Shown here piece by piece: positions 31,777-46,769 of a DNA stretch of 64,000 bases (positions are counted from its first letter, which is position 1; the number at the start of each line of letters is the position of its first letter). The stretch lies in the NCBI RefSeq assembly GCF_009914755.1, contig NC_060939.1, one strand, 5' to 3'. The position numbers and the translations under genes are program-made. Under the pieces are notes generated by a model, which saw only the letters and a list, made by a program, of their open reading frames with translations, was not told the origin of the DNA and ran no database searches. The stretch comes from the human T2T-CHM13v2.0 reference genome, Homo sapiens.

Positions 31777-32975
31777 CAGTTATACACTGCTACATTGTTA
31801 CATTCTGAGAAATGTATCAGGCAATTTCCTATTGTGCAAACATCATAGAGTGTACTTACACAAACCTAGATGGTATAGCCTACTACACACCTAGGTTATA
31901 TGGTATATGCTGTTGCTCCTAGGCTACAAATCTGAACTGAATACTATAGGCAAATGTGACACAATGGTAAATATTTGTATATCAAAACACAGAAATGGTA
32001 CAGTAAAAATACAGCATAAAAGGTAAAAAATGGTCCACTTGTATTGGGCACTTACCATGAGTGGAACTTGCAGGACTGGCAGTTGCTCTGGGTGAGTCAG
32101 TGAGTGGTGAGTGAATGTGAGGCCCCAGGACACGACTACACTACTGTAGATTTTATCAACACTGTATACTTGGGCTACACAAAATTTATACAAAAATACT
32201 TTTCTTCAAAGCTGGACCTGGGAATAAAAAATATTTTTTTCTTCAATAATAAATTAACCTTAGCTTACCGTAAACATTTTTACTTCATAATTTCTAAGCT
32301 TTTGACCCTTTTGTAATAACACTGAGCTTAAAACGTATTGTACAGCTATGCAAAAGTGTTTTCTTTATATCCTTATTCTATAAGCATTTTTCTACTTTTT
32401 AAACTGTTTTCTTTTTTTCTTTTTAAATATTTTTGTTAAAAACTGAAACATAAACACACACATTAGTGTAGGTCTATCCAGGGTCAGGATCATCAATATC
32501 ACTGTCTGCCACCTCCACATCCTGTATCCCACTGGAAGGTCTTCCAGGGCAATAACAGGCATGGAGCTGTCATCTCCTGTGAAAACAAAGTTTCCTCTGG
32601 AATACCTCCTAAAGGACCTGCCTGAAGCTGTTTCACAGTTCACTTTTTTTAATAAGTAGAAGGAGTACACTCTAAAATAATAATAAAAGGTATAGTATGT
32701 AAACACATAACCAGTAACAGTCATTTATTATGTTATCAAGTATTATGTACTGTACGCAATTGTATGTGCTATATTTTTATATGACTGGCAGTGCAGTTGG
32801 TTTGTTTACACCAGCATCATCACAAATGTGTGAATAATGTATTGTGCTATGCCGTTACAACAGCTACGACATCACTAGGTGATAGGAATTTTTCAGTTCC
32901 ATTATAATCTTATGGGACCACCATCGTATATGCAGTCTGTCATTGATCAGAATGTTTTTATGTGGTGTATGACTG
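31777..32975. mobile_element. Tigger3-type (TcMar) non-autonomous DNA transposon, ~1.2 kb
   Basis: Termini cagttatacac... and ...gtgtatgactg are imperfect TIRs; catcatagagtgtacttacacaaacctagatggtatagcctactacacacctagg motif. Confidence 0.8.
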
Positions 32976-33169
32976 CATATATATTATGCATATATGCATA
33001 TATGCATATATGTCTTTTCAATCAAAGCAATATGATATTTGTATGCTAATATTATATAGATTTAATTATACTTAAAGAGGATCATATTAACATGGAAACT
33101 AACATAATGTCTATAATATTTTATATTTCTTAAAGCTGCCAATATTTTATTGGGACAATTAGTATAATT

Positions 33170-33515
33170 TGAAAATGTTTTGTGGCTTAGATGGTAGTAT
33201 GGCACCAATGTTAAATTTTCCAATTTCAAAAATTGTGCTCTCTTTATATAAGAGATTGTCCTTGTTCTTACGAACTGCTCACTGAAAAATTTAGGGGTAA
33301 AGGTGCCTAATATCTGCAACTGACTTTAAAAGATTAGAGTAGATAGGTAGATAGAGATAGAAGTAAATAGATAGATAAATATAAAGAGAGAGAAACAAAG
33401 AAAATGGTAAATCAAACGGGACAAAATATAAACAATTGGTGAATTTGGGAGTTCTTTGTATTATCTTAAAAACTTTTCTGTAACTTTGAAATTATATCAG
33501 AATTATCAGTTGCCA
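33170..33515 (+). mobile_element. Old L1M 3'-end fragment
   Basis: ccaatgttaaattttc...gagattgtccttgttctta...actgaaaaatttaggggtaaagg. Confidence 0.55.
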
Positions 33516-34055
33516 GGAAAAAACCATATATATATATATATGTGAGGTTTTATAATATATATGATGGTTTATAATGTTATAATATGTTTATATATTATAT
33601 AATTTAGATATATGTTTGTATATATAATCATATAATTTATCATCTTATGATATATTGTATGATAACTGTTTGTCAGTAGCTTGTCAGTAACTCTATAAAA
33701 ATTATCACCAATATAATAGTCCATAAGTATTAAGACTTGCTGTCTTTCAAATAATAAGAAATGTGGACAGATTTGCATTCTGTTCCCTGTGACATAAATG
33801 CAGAGTTGGATTGGCTGTTGCCAGTGTCTGCACCTACAGGGGTTTCTTTATGCCTTCAGTGAAATAGCTTGGTCCACACTTAATGCGTTCATCAAGTACT
33901 GTAATGAAAATCAAACACCAACCAAAAAGCCTCTGTCTGAAAGCTAAGCTGAAATAAGACGTGATTGCTTTTGATATCTTAACTCAAACAAAAAACTCTT
34001 TGATTGAAAATAGTTAAATATGCAATGATGAAGTATTTTCCTTTTATATTTTCAG

Positions 34056-34142
34056 AATGGCTTCCCTTCTGAGCAAATTTAGGATAAAATTTGCAGACAT
34101 CCATATCATCGGTGACATCAACATTAGGCCAAACAAAGAGAG
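34056..34142 (+). CDS. SLC12A1: SLC12A1 coding exon 24 (87 bp)
   Basis: atattttcAG acceptor; (A)[28 protein letters not shown](S); GAG|gtatga donor. Confidence 0.97.
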
Positions 34143-34799
34143 GTATGAAATATTTAACAAGAGACATTGATTACCCATGGTACTCTCTCATTCTCTTTTG
34201 TGTTGATTATCAAACAGTAAAAATGTTATGTATTTACTGCAGCGACTTCTTGATAGGATCTAATAAGAAGAGCCTTCAAATAAGCATGACATGGAACTAA
34301 CAAGTACATTCTAAAGGGAAGGAAAGCTTTTACAGTGAAGACAAGCCTGAGAGGGAGAATTGTTGAAACAGATTAGTTAGTATTTTAGAATTGCCCTTCC
34401 TGTTCTTGTTTTCTATGGTGGCAAGAGCAGCACGAAGTGCAAGGTCATACTATTCTGAATGGAGCCATCAGGGCAAGTTTTGTTATTCAGAGTTACTCGT
34501 GGGGCAGCCTGGATGGGGAGCTCTGATGGAGAATATATGGAAATAGCTTGTATCTTCTTGGCACACTGACAATACCAACTCTAAAGGGCCACTTTAGCTT
34601 TTAGGCACTAAAGGCCCAACAGGGAAGGCCTATGAATTTTGGGGGGACGTCTAAAACTATTTGAAGCCTGGAAAAGAAATGTATTGGCTCCAAAATAAAA
34701 AAAAAAGAAAATGACAAAATAAAAGTAATCATTTAAATATCTTCAAAATGTGACATTATTTTAATCCTCATTAATTGTTATATTTATCAACTCCATTAG

Positions 34800-35177
34800 T
34801 GTCTTAGTTAGCTCAGGCTGCTATACCAAAATGCGATGGACTGGGTGGATTAAACAACAGACATTTATTTCTCACAGTTCTGGCGAAGTTCTGGGAAGTC
34901 CCAGTTCAAGGTGCTAAATTACTCAGTTCCCTTTGAGGGCCCTCTTCCTGGTATGTAGATGGCCGCCTCCTTGCTATGTCCTCACATGGTGGAAAGAATT
35001 CTGCTGTCTCTTTCTCTTCCTATAAGGGCACTAATCCTAAAATAGGGAACCTACCCTCATGAAATCATCTAAACCTAATTACCACCCAGAGGCTTCACCT
35101 CCAAATACTATCACCTGGAAGTTAGGGCTTCGACACATGAATTTGGGTGGGGGGACACAAGCATTCAGCTTATAACA
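34800..35177 (-). mobile_element. MLT1A-type MaLR LTR
   Basis: tgtcttagtt...gctgctata...acatttatttctcacagttctgg...attcagcttataaca. Confidence 0.8.
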
Positions 35178-35202
35178 ATGATATTTTTGGGGGTTTTGTG
35201 GG

Positions 35203-35485
35203 GTTTTTTTTGAGACAGGGTCTCACTCTGTCACCCAGGCTGGAGTGTAGCAGTGCAATCTCAGCTCACAACAACCTCTGCCTCCTGGGCTCAGGTCATT
35301 CTCCCATCTCAGCCTCCTAGATAGCTGGGACCACAAGCACATGCCACCACACCTGGCTAATTTTTTGGTAGAGACAGGCTTTCGCCATGTTGCCCAGGCT
35401 GGTCTCAAGCCCCTGAGCTTAAGCCATCTGCCCGCCTTATCCTCCCAAAGTGCTGGGATTACAGGCATAAGCCATCACACCTGGC
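35203..35485 (-). mobile_element. AluJ
   Basis: Antisense Alu. Confidence 0.88.
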
Positions 35486-36043
35486 AACACTGATATTTGA
35501 AAACAGTTGTAGGTTAGATCTTCACAGTAGTTTGCAAGGGTGCAAGAAGATTGTTTAAAAACCATGGCCAATTATAAATTAAATTAAATATTTAGAGTTA
35601 TCATTTAACAATTATAAAATGTCTTCAATTATTTATAGTCTAAAATCATATTTTCTGTTGCATTCAGATGTAATTTAATACATTTGATTTCATGTGGAGT
35701 GGGGCCTCCAAGAGGAATCATACAGAGGGATGTGAAGGTCCTGGAATGGCTTAGATTATCACGGTTCTGTCAGATCTCTTCCCTTTTCTGTTGACCATCA
35801 TTTCTTCTTCCTTTTGTACTTCTTGATGGATTATAATTCCACAGTTTTCCAGGCTTCTTGCCTCTTTCCTTCCTTTGATTTATTGCTATTCTATATGAGC
35901 TTAATAACTAACTGAAAATTATTCCAATTTAAGATGCATTCCTACTGATCAAACAAACTTGAATTTCATATTCTTTGAGGTTATTCATGATCCTTCCAAG
36001 GAGATGGGTCAGTTAAAATGGCTTTACAAAACACCTTAACTGC

Positions 36044-36342
36044 AAGGCGCTGTGGCTCACGCCTGTAACCTCAGCACTTTGAGAGGCCAAGACGGGAGGA
36101 TCACTTGAGCCCAGGAGTTCCAGAGCAGCCTAGGCAACATAGCAAGACCCCCAAAAATAGCAAAAATTTGCCAGGCTTCGTGGTGTATGCCTGTAGTCCT
36201 AGATACTCAGGAGGCTGAGGCAGGTGAGATCATGTGAACCTGGAAAGTCAAGGCTGCAGTGAGCCATGATCACCCCACTGCACTGCAGCCTGGGTGACAG
36301 AGTGAGACCCTATCTCAAAAAAAAAAAAAGAAAAAAAGAAAA
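36044..36342 (+). mobile_element. AluJ
   Basis: Alu consensus, first of a tandem pair. Confidence 0.88.
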
Positions 36343-36345
36343 AGG

Positions 36346-36735
<390 letters not shown>

Positions 36736-37169
36736 TCATACTCTACTGCCTTACATTTTTATATTTCTACAGTTGTAAATACATAAGAAAAATTAAGAAC
36801 ATATAATTTTCATTGATAAATGGAATTAACATTCTGATATGAACTGGGTTGTCATACAATAATCTCTGGTAGCCTTCCACTTTTTATTCAAGAACTTCCA
36901 TTCTCTATGTCATTGCATTTTGGCATTTGCAGTGATATAATCAAACAAGCTCATCATATGGCTCTAATTGGTAGAAATACATCATCTTTCACAACAGCAA
37001 GTCCAACAATTCCTTAGTACATGCCACTTAGCAATAGGGCATAGCTGGCCAGTGCTCTGCAAGATAGGGCCATTTTCTGTTGTCTAGTGGGTAGTCACTG
37101 TGTCTTCTACTGACTTAGGATTTCCTATAAGCCCTAGCTTAATGCTGGGCATGAATTATCCACCCACTT

Positions 37170-37487
37170 CTTTTTATTTTATTTATTTATTTATTTATTT
37201 ATTTTTAAGACAGGGTCTCACTCTGTCGTCTAGGCTAGGTTGCAGGTGGTACAATCATAGCTCATTGCAGCCTCTAACTCCTGGGCTCAAGAGATCCTCC
37301 TGCCTCAGCCTCTTGAGTAGCTGGGTCTACAGGCATGAGCCCCTATACCCAGCTTTTTTTTTTTTTTTTGTAAAGAAAAGTCTCACTATGTTGCCCTGAC
37401 TGGTCTCAAACCCCTGGGCTTAATTGATCCTGCCACCTTGGCTTCCCAAAGTGCTGGAATTACAGGCATGAGCCACCACACCTGGCC
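37170..37487 (-). mobile_element. AluJ
   Basis: Antisense Alu; TSD-like cacccacttctt. Confidence 0.88.
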
Positions 37488-40400
37488 TCACCCACTTCTT
37501 GTAGCCAAATTCTCCTTGCTGTTGTTGGTCTTATACTTAGCTAAGCATTATCAATGTTTGCTGATTAATTTGTCCCTATATTTCTTTGTCTCTTTACTTG
37601 TCAATCTGGTTTTCTCAACCCAAGTCCTTGTTTCCTTCCCCTTCTTTCATAATAGTCTCTATCTAGCTGCCATGGTCACCACCCTGCATAGCCATCCTTT
37701 CTGTCCTGTTGCTGAGGAGGCTGATGTACCTCTTCCATTAACCAAGCCTCTTTATTCTTTGAATACTTTTCATAGTCTAGACACTTTTCTTCTTACTACT
37801 GTGACCTTTGTCCCAAGATGTCCTCTTCTGATGTCCACCATGTTAATTTGGTATTTGTCACATGTCCTCATTATCCTGGAATAAAGAGAATTAATTTTTT
37901 TGTCAGGAAATAAATTAGTTTTCAAAATTTTGGAGATTTTCTCTCTGTTGTTTCAAGGTATTAAGGAAAATGCAGGGAAAAAAAATCCATTCTTACTGAA
38001 ATAAAAGAATCCTTGTGGCCAATATACCCTGCTGACGAAACAGGAGGCCACCAGGAGTGTGCTGGAAGAGCCATCCTCCTCTCTTCAGCCTCCTACCATA
38101 GTGATGCCATATTACCTTATAAAACAGTCCATATCTGATGTTGGCAATGGCTGTTCCAATACCTGAAAGTAACCCTAATGTAGAAGACAGTATGGTCATT
38201 CAATAAATCTCACGGATGGCCACTAGTAGCGCGTCTGGCACATTTGTAATACCTTAATTAAGGCAACTCCTCTGGATGGTCTAATCAGAGAAAGAGAACT
38301 CTTCCTCTGGGCTGATGCAGCCCCAGACCCAGGGGCTAAGGCTTAGAGAATAGAACACTGGCTCTATTTCAGCTCCCACTTGGACCTCGGCCGGGCAGCC
38401 CTTACCTACTGTTAACAACTATCTCCTGATCACTCACTATTCTTTCTTGGTTGCCGGGTGATACACAATGTCAAAAATAGTTTGTCAATGATTTCCATGT
38501 TGGAGGCTAATTTTAAATGCCCTCAAATTGCCTTTAATAAATCTTTTGACTACCCATAAAACATCAGTAAGTCTTGATGGAGGAATTTTATCATAGAAAC
38601 ATTATCTATAAACATGGTAGGGCAAGGGTGAAAGGGAGTACAAAAGCAAAGTTAATGAGAAAATAATTGACCCAGGAGAAACTGAAAAGCTCTTGTGCTT
38701 AAATTCTATTTTTTATTGTATAGACTGAATTAAAAGTCATAGGACAAAAAGACAACAATCTTTATGTGGAAATCAAAGAGAAACTAGAAGCAATTAAGTA
38801 GGTAATTTAGTTTAAAGATGCTAGAGTAGTCCCAGAAACAGTTGGTACATTACTTTGAGAGAAGAAATTTTATGTGGACTTAGGGGGAAAATATTATGCA
38901 ATTTAAAAATTTTTAAACTTTATTATGAGGAACAAGGATGAGGAAGGCAGCAGTTAATTTTAAAAATTGAATTCTTATTTATATTTAATAGCATGTAACA
39001 CTTGGCTTATTCTATAGTCAATTAAAAGTACTTATAAAGAAAAAAATCAGATTTAATGAGATTCAAAATAGAAATCTTGAGCTACGTCAGGATCCTCTAG
39101 CAAAGAGAATGAAAAATGGCCAGCTCAGAGATGATCCAAAGGATAGACCAATCAAAGATGAACACAGAGAAGGAGCAGTAAGAGTGCAAAGACAAAACTG
39201 GGCAAATACAGCCCCGTTATCACCCCCTGTGTCACTTAGCATGTTTCAATTGCAAGTAAAAGAAAACTTAACTCACAGTGATTTAGACAATAGGAATTAC
39301 TTTCACATATAACTTAAAAATAAAATCATATTTTGGATTTCAGGGTAAGCTTGATCTAGGTTAATTTTGTAATCAAGGACTGATTCTCTTTCAGTCTCCC
39401 TACTTTACTTTTTTTTAATAAAATCATCTATCAAAGTTGATTTCACTTATAAAAACAAGATGACTGTCAATTGCAACCAGGACTATCTACTCGCTCATGT
39501 ATGTTCCGTAGGAGAGAAAGTTTGTCTCTTCCCAAATTACTGAGCTCAGGGTCCAGGGCTCCTTTCAGGTTTCACTAACCTAAGCCACTGAGACATTACT
39601 GTGGTCAGCATAGTTGTGGGTGCTTATTGGTTCAAGTTTACCTGTGTTATGTGCCCACCTGGCCAATTACTCTGGAAGAAGACATAGAGTTGTGCTGATT
39701 GGCTGACAATGGCATGGAGCCATTCCCACTGAAAGTACAATGAGGAAAACACAGTACGGATACTGGGGAGACAACCAGCAACCTCTACTCCACCTTCTAT
39801 TTCTTAGGAAACTATTTTTGTACTGTGCTTTCTAACAAGGATTTGGGCTGAGCTGCAAAGAAACTCTCATCCTGATCAAAATAAGTATACGAAGAGCTTA
39901 AACAGAAAGCCTCTCCATTGCTAATCTCAACCCTGTGGCTGCTGAGTAAAGTGAATATCTTGCCTTTCCAAGGCACTGCATGCTTTTCAGAGCACTGTCA
40001 CCCAAATACTCACAGTGACTCTCAAGCCAGTTTCTAGCAGCCATTGTTACTCCCCTTTTATAGCCTAGAATATCCAGGTCAAGGAGGACAATGCAAGAGC
40101 TGGAGCGAGAACCCAGACCCTACTCTCCAAAGCCAGCACCTTTCCATAGTAATGACCACTCCTAGAGGTCTCTAAAGGCACGACACTGTTGAAATAGGAA
40201 ATAAAAGTTGAAAGAATAATAGGGCCTATCAGTCTTATTCTTTCCCTGTCTTTGCCTACCTTTCTAAATAAGTTAATGCAATAGAAGCCTAATGCATTAA
40301 GTATCTTTTCAGTCTCTTAACAAAGGCTCACTAGTAGGGACAATCCTGCTCCTTTGTAATCTCTGCACTTTTATCTGCAAATCCTAAATCAGGCCAGTTG

Positions 40401-41391
40401 GTGAGATAATTGAACTCATTACTTCATATTTTCACTTCTTGACTTAACAGCATATCAATTCTAATTATTATTCATTCTAAAATTACTAAATTATAACTAA
40501 GCTACATTATATAAAACCAAAGAAATTTTTCATACTTGAGATCATCTTAAAGTAGCATACTAGAGACAACTACTGCCATAAATTATAAGTTTTACTTTGT
40601 GTCATTGTTTTTAAAAATAAATCTTATGAGGTTCTTATAAGTAATTTTTAAAATGTTCTATAGCTCTTAGCTGCTAGTTTTCTCCTCAGCGATTTCTTTT
40701 TAAATGTTCTAACATAGCCTCAGATTTTTAGGCATTAAAACATTATTGATTTTTGTTCTTTCTCCTAACATGAACCTGAATAATACTCATTTGAAAATCT
40801 CAGACAGCAACATCAAACAACAAAAGGACAAGGGGAGCATTATTTGCAGAAAACGTCCAAATTGTTCTACAATCATTAAACTTGTGGGAGCCCTTGCTGT
40901 TCTCCTCCTACCTGCCCGCGGCCTCCTGCCATGAGTGGGAGTTGCCATGTGGACTAAGGGTGAGGGTAGCCATATCCATTTCCTACATTAATTGATAAAT
41001 GTCTCCCATAGAGTCTGTACAATAAGCAAGTGGAAACTCATTTGTGTGGTAAAGTATCTACATTACAACTATGTCTTCGACTACACTATGCAGAAAATGT
41101 CTTTGCAGAACAATTACTACCTATGTGTATATGTGTTAATATTGTAAGTATGTATGCGTATGTGTGTTAATATTGAAGATCTAATACCTAATAGGCTAAC
41201 AAGGCCTTGAACACTCTAAGGCCTTTTCTGGGGTAGGGAGGGAGTACTGTAGCCATGGTTTTACTCACAGTAAATTCCCTGCAAAGATAATTCTTAAAAG
41301 ATTTGCATGATATTCAGCTCTGATTCCACAGCCAGCAGAGCCAGTCACACCTGGAGTATCTGTGAAATAATGAGTTAGTTTCCCACTGTGA

Positions 41392-41571
<180 letters not shown>

Positions 41572-42245
41572 TAATTTTTTTGCTGTCTAACTAGCTGAGA
41601 AAGGAAACAGTAGTTGATTTAAAGACAAAGAAGCAATATATTTATTATCAAATGTCATTATTCAAGATCCAAGCTTTCTGCATTTTTCAAGTGCTTTTCA
41701 ATCATTTACTGGATACGATTATTTAGAAAACTTTTTCATTTTTTCCCATAAGGTCAATTATATTTTAAAAGTTAAAAAATAGGTTATTGGTACATATTGT
41801 GAAGTCTCCTTTCAAATTTAATTTTAAAGAGCAGGAGACAGACTCATCAGCCTAAAATAATTTGAGTCAATATGTGTGCAAAGTTGATAAAGTTAGATTG
41901 ACTCACAATTTAACACAATAAGAAATACTTTTAACCTGATGAAGAGATGGCTATGAAAAACTTATAAAGGCATCTGAAGAAACATATGATGTGACTGGAA
42001 CAATGAATATGGAAGCTGGATCCAGCACACATTGTAAGATGGATGTAAAATGGTGAGCCTTTCTAGACAGCCCAGTAAGATGCTCCCATCTGTGCCTTCT
42101 GTCCTGAGCCAAATGAAGTTGGTGATAATGAGAATAATGCAAAGGGCAGGGGGTCAACAACTAAGTAGAAGAATTGACACCTGGATTGGACGGAAATGAA
42201 AAAGGACCACAAGAACTTCTAAACTACAAAATCTTGAGTGTTTTC

Positions 42246-42800
42246 ACAGGAGCACTCAAGCGCTGCTAATCTCATTGTACTTTAAGTATAATTGCAGGCA
42301 TTTACAAATGTTAGAAAGAAATCTTAGGGCCGGGTGCACTGGCTCACACCTGTAATCCCAGAACTTTGGGAGGCTAAGGCGGGAGGACTGCTTGAGCCCA
42401 GGAGTTCAGGGCCAGCTTGGTTAACAGAGCAAAACCCCACCTCTACAAAAAATTACAAAAATTAGCCTGGTGAGGTAGCGTGTGTGTGGTCCCAGCTACT
42501 TGGGAGGCGAAGGCAGGAGGATCACTTGAGCCCAGGGGGCAGAGGTGAGCTGAGCTCGTGCCACTGTACTCTAGTCTGGATGATAGGAGTGAAACCCTGT
42601 TTAAAAAAAAAAAAAAGAGAGAGAGAAATCTTAGGATAAATGGGTTAATCAATTTAAAAGCTCTTCAGGTAGGATTTTGTTTTACTGGAACATGTGGGAT
42701 TTTGGACAGTGAAGGAAGATAAGGGCCACCCTGAGACCCTGACCCCTGGGGCCCACGAGCTTCAGAGAGCCTCGCTTGGACTGACTGCCCACCATGCCCT
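42246..42800 (+). pseudogene. Degenerate duplicate of the 3' part of exon 26 plus start of intron 26 (pseudo-exon), interrupted by an Alu
   Basis: Aligns by eye with 43625-43902; 33/36 identity in the exonic part; donor GT changed to TT at 42282. Confidence 0.9.
42328..42623 (+). mobile_element. AluJ inserted in the exon-26 duplicate
   Basis: J-type gcttgagcccagg motifs; TSD AGAAATCTTAGG at 42317-42328 and 42624-42635. Confidence 0.88.
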
Positions 42801-43535
42801 ACATAAACCACATTAGGAGCTGAACTTGAAAAAATTCGAGCAAGAAACGCTAAAAGCCTTTTAGATTTAGTGAAAAAAAAGAGACTGAACTAGAATTATA
42901 AAGTCTGTGTGTAACAAACTGCCCGGTTCTGACCAAGTTTTTTCATATAATTGAGCAAATCATGCATCTGAGCCTTGGTTTCTGAACCAGTGAAATACAA
43001 TAAAAAATATTACTCTCATCACTGCAAAGTGGTTATTTTTCCAAGTGAGTCTTTTGGTGGCTTTTTAATTGAAAGCCCCCTCTGCTTACAGAATATTCAG
43101 AGAGCTTAAAGAAAGGCAGACTAGAATATAATTTATGTTCTTAGAGTATCAAATTGGTATAAAGATTCAATCGGTTTCTTTTTTAACAGAAAACCTATTG
43201 CCTCAAACTGGCCATTCCACTGTGCATAGGCATGGGCATATGCCACTGTGCCCATGGCAGGTTCATGAGGCTCCTTGTAGTGTAGGAAGAGGCCAGGGTA
43301 GGAGAAAACACCTTCTTTTTAGTGTTATCTATGTTGTTTGCTTCCCCTCTCCCTAGAATTTAATAAGCCACTATAGCACAATGAAAATCTTTGTACTGTG
43401 TCTTATTCTTTATATTTCTAAAATTTCTCATGAGGTTTTAAAACACCATAAGTTTCTAAGCCTGAAAAAGTAATTGTAATTTTTATACATTTTTTAAGAT
43501 GAGATTTTCTGCTTGTTCATGATTTAAGAAAATAA

Positions 43536-43661
<126 letters not shown>

Positions 43662-44616
43662 TAAGTATCATTGCAAGCATTGAAGAACATTAGAAATAAA
43701 TCTTAGGGTTAATGGGTTAATCCATTTAAAAGCTTGGGACTCTTCAGGTGGGAATTTTGTTTTGTTTTTGTGTTTTTTTTGGGGGGGGGAACACGTGGGA
43801 TTCTTAGACAGTGAAGGAAGGTAAGTGCCACTCTGAGACCTTGACCCCTCAGGCCCATGAGCATCAGAGAGCCTCACTTGGACTTGCTGTCCACCATGCC
43901 TTATGAAGAGGCGTGTGCCCATCTAGTAAGACCATGCTCCAGGAATCTGAGACCCTGGATTTCTCTGCCTAACAGCCACAAGTCAGCGACCACAGCTCAC
44001 GGGCCCCTTCCCTGAGTGGATGTCCCTGAGCCACTGTGCCCATGGCAGGTTCATGAGGCTCCCTGTACTGTAGGAAGAGGCCAGGGTAGGAGAAAAAGGC
44101 AGAGCCATTTCCATTTTCACTCTTTATGCTCTAGCCTTACAAATGTTAGGGTTGCGTCTACTGAAAATGTATGTTTGTTTACTTAAAGGTTGGTATTTAA
44201 ACAAGAAAATCTCTAATGACTTCACATTTATACCTCATGAATTGACTCCTATGTATAAAGATAAATATATCTTCACGTAGTGTAGACTGGACAACTATCC
44301 ATCAAAGACATTGTAGAATGGTCTGCTGGATTGGGTGGTAGGGTTCCAATAGATGGTTTCTGAGGTTTTTCCCAAATATAAGATATTTAAATTATTTGAA
44401 AAATCATTTACACCAAAAACGGGGGTAGGTATTAGCTGATCAAATTCCCTATTTAAAGGAAAGTGAAAATGTACATTTTTGTTTTGTCTTTACAATACCT
44501 AAGCCTGTTTTTCTGGTTTATAGATAGTATTACCTGAAAAATACATCAGTTTGCTATCTACAGTAAAAATAATTTTGGTGCTTTCATCTTGGGGTGGCGT
44601 AAAAATTAAGGCTGCC

Positions 44617-44931
<315 letters not shown>

Positions 44932-44935
44932 TTAA

Positions 44936-45166
<231 letters not shown>

Positions 45167-46362
45167 AACATGAAAGATTGGAATACATTTTAACTTAATG
45201 TAATGCATAATTAAGAAACATGTTCCAGTACTTTATGTTGTAAATCTGATCTATGGATATGCAAACCTCTGGAGATGATCCTACCAGATTCTACATACAT
45301 TGCATAATTTTTATCAGTTAATGCGAGCTTTTTTTTCTCTTCTCAGCTTAAGGGGTTGTCAAAGCCAATGTTATCCCTAGAAAAACATTTTTGTCACTGC
45401 TGTTGATAAACAAGAAAATCAAGGAAACTCATGTTGGCTTATGCTCATGGAAACCACCAATGTGATTGTAAACTTCTCCAGACAAACTTAACCTTTTGTT
45501 TCTTAATTTTTTGTTTTGAGTGTTTGCTTCTCAGCCCTGGTATAGGTCTCAGCCCCACAGCAGGATCTCAATAAATGCTTATTGACAGGCTGGCATAGTA
45601 ACCACAGGTGGTTATCAAAGGAAAAGACCAATAGGCTGGGGAACATAATTATGCTTGGCCCCCTCAGAGGCTTATACCTCCAAAGCAGATTTAAAAATCA
45701 GTAACTCAAAACTTTAAGAAGTAGTTGAGTCTACAAAATATTCAAAGCAGTTACCTAAATAAGGTTATTTAATGTAACAGATTATATACTTAAAGTGATC
45801 TGAGCAATCATTGATAACATATGGCTTAAATTTGCTGCTGCCTGAAAAGTATATTAACTAGATTAGAAGACACCATATACTCCAATAAAATGAAATATAT
45901 TCTATTCTCAATATATAAACTTTAATTGTACTCCCTATCAAATATTTTGAAATTTCCATCACGGCATTACTTTGCATATTTTTTTCTAATTAAATGGTTA
46001 GTACAGATGAAATCTTTATAGATGACTACTTGAAAACTAAGTGCTACAAATTTTCAAACCATTATTAAGAAATATATCCTGAATCATATATTTAGTTACT
46101 TTCTATAGTGATTGTATGGATTTAAAAGAATAATTAAAATGTGAAGTTGAAAAACTTGTAAAATTTGGAATATACAGATACTGATTTTTTTCATTTTTGT
46201 TAGTATACCTATAATACATAATCACATTGACAAACCAATGAAAATATTGTTTTTCTGATGAATGGCTTGATTTTTCTCCTTGACATGTTTTGACTGTTCA
46301 TTCTAACTGAAAACATATATGGGAAAATATGAACCTGAAATAAAAGCACTCAAATTCAATTG
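45167..46362 (+). other. SLC12A1: SLC12A1 3' UTR (end approximate)
   Basis: AT-rich sequence from stop codon to AATAAA at 46339, followed by a GT/T-rich tract; cleavage site inferred. Confidence 0.7.
46339..46344 (+). terminator. Probable main polyadenylation signal AATAAA
   Basis: AATAAA with downstream tgctttgg...tcatgtttttacttt element; other AATAAA at 45570 and 45884. Confidence 0.7.
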
Positions 46363-46769
46363 CTTTGGCCTAGGTCATGTTTTTACTTTCAGTCACTAAA
46401 ATTGTGGTGCAATGGTGTATCAGATGTGAGCCTGAAGATTTCAGTCAGTGGCCTCATCTGCAGCTGCTTAAAGCTAGGATTCAAGATCAGGACTTCCTAA
46501 CCCAGCCTCTCTGCTCAGAAGGATGACCAGAGAATAAGGGAGACCATCAGCAAAGCTTAGGCAGCTGGATATTCCTATTCCAAATCCAGGGCCACTGTGC
46601 TTAACTCTGCCCTTGATAAAACCCTTTCTCTTGAGCACTATGGACCTGAAATCCAAATGCCTAAACTCAGCTTCATGTGGGCCTGACACTTCTCTGAAAT
46701 ACTTGAGGGTCTCTGGGAAAGGTGAGAAGTAATATGACTTCTTTAACAGGACATTCTGGCTCTTGTTTC

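Noticed and set aside
39230-39790. Possible old MLT1-type LTR; similar weak LTR-like signal at ~60315-60770
   Set aside because: Too degenerate to assign family or boundaries reliably
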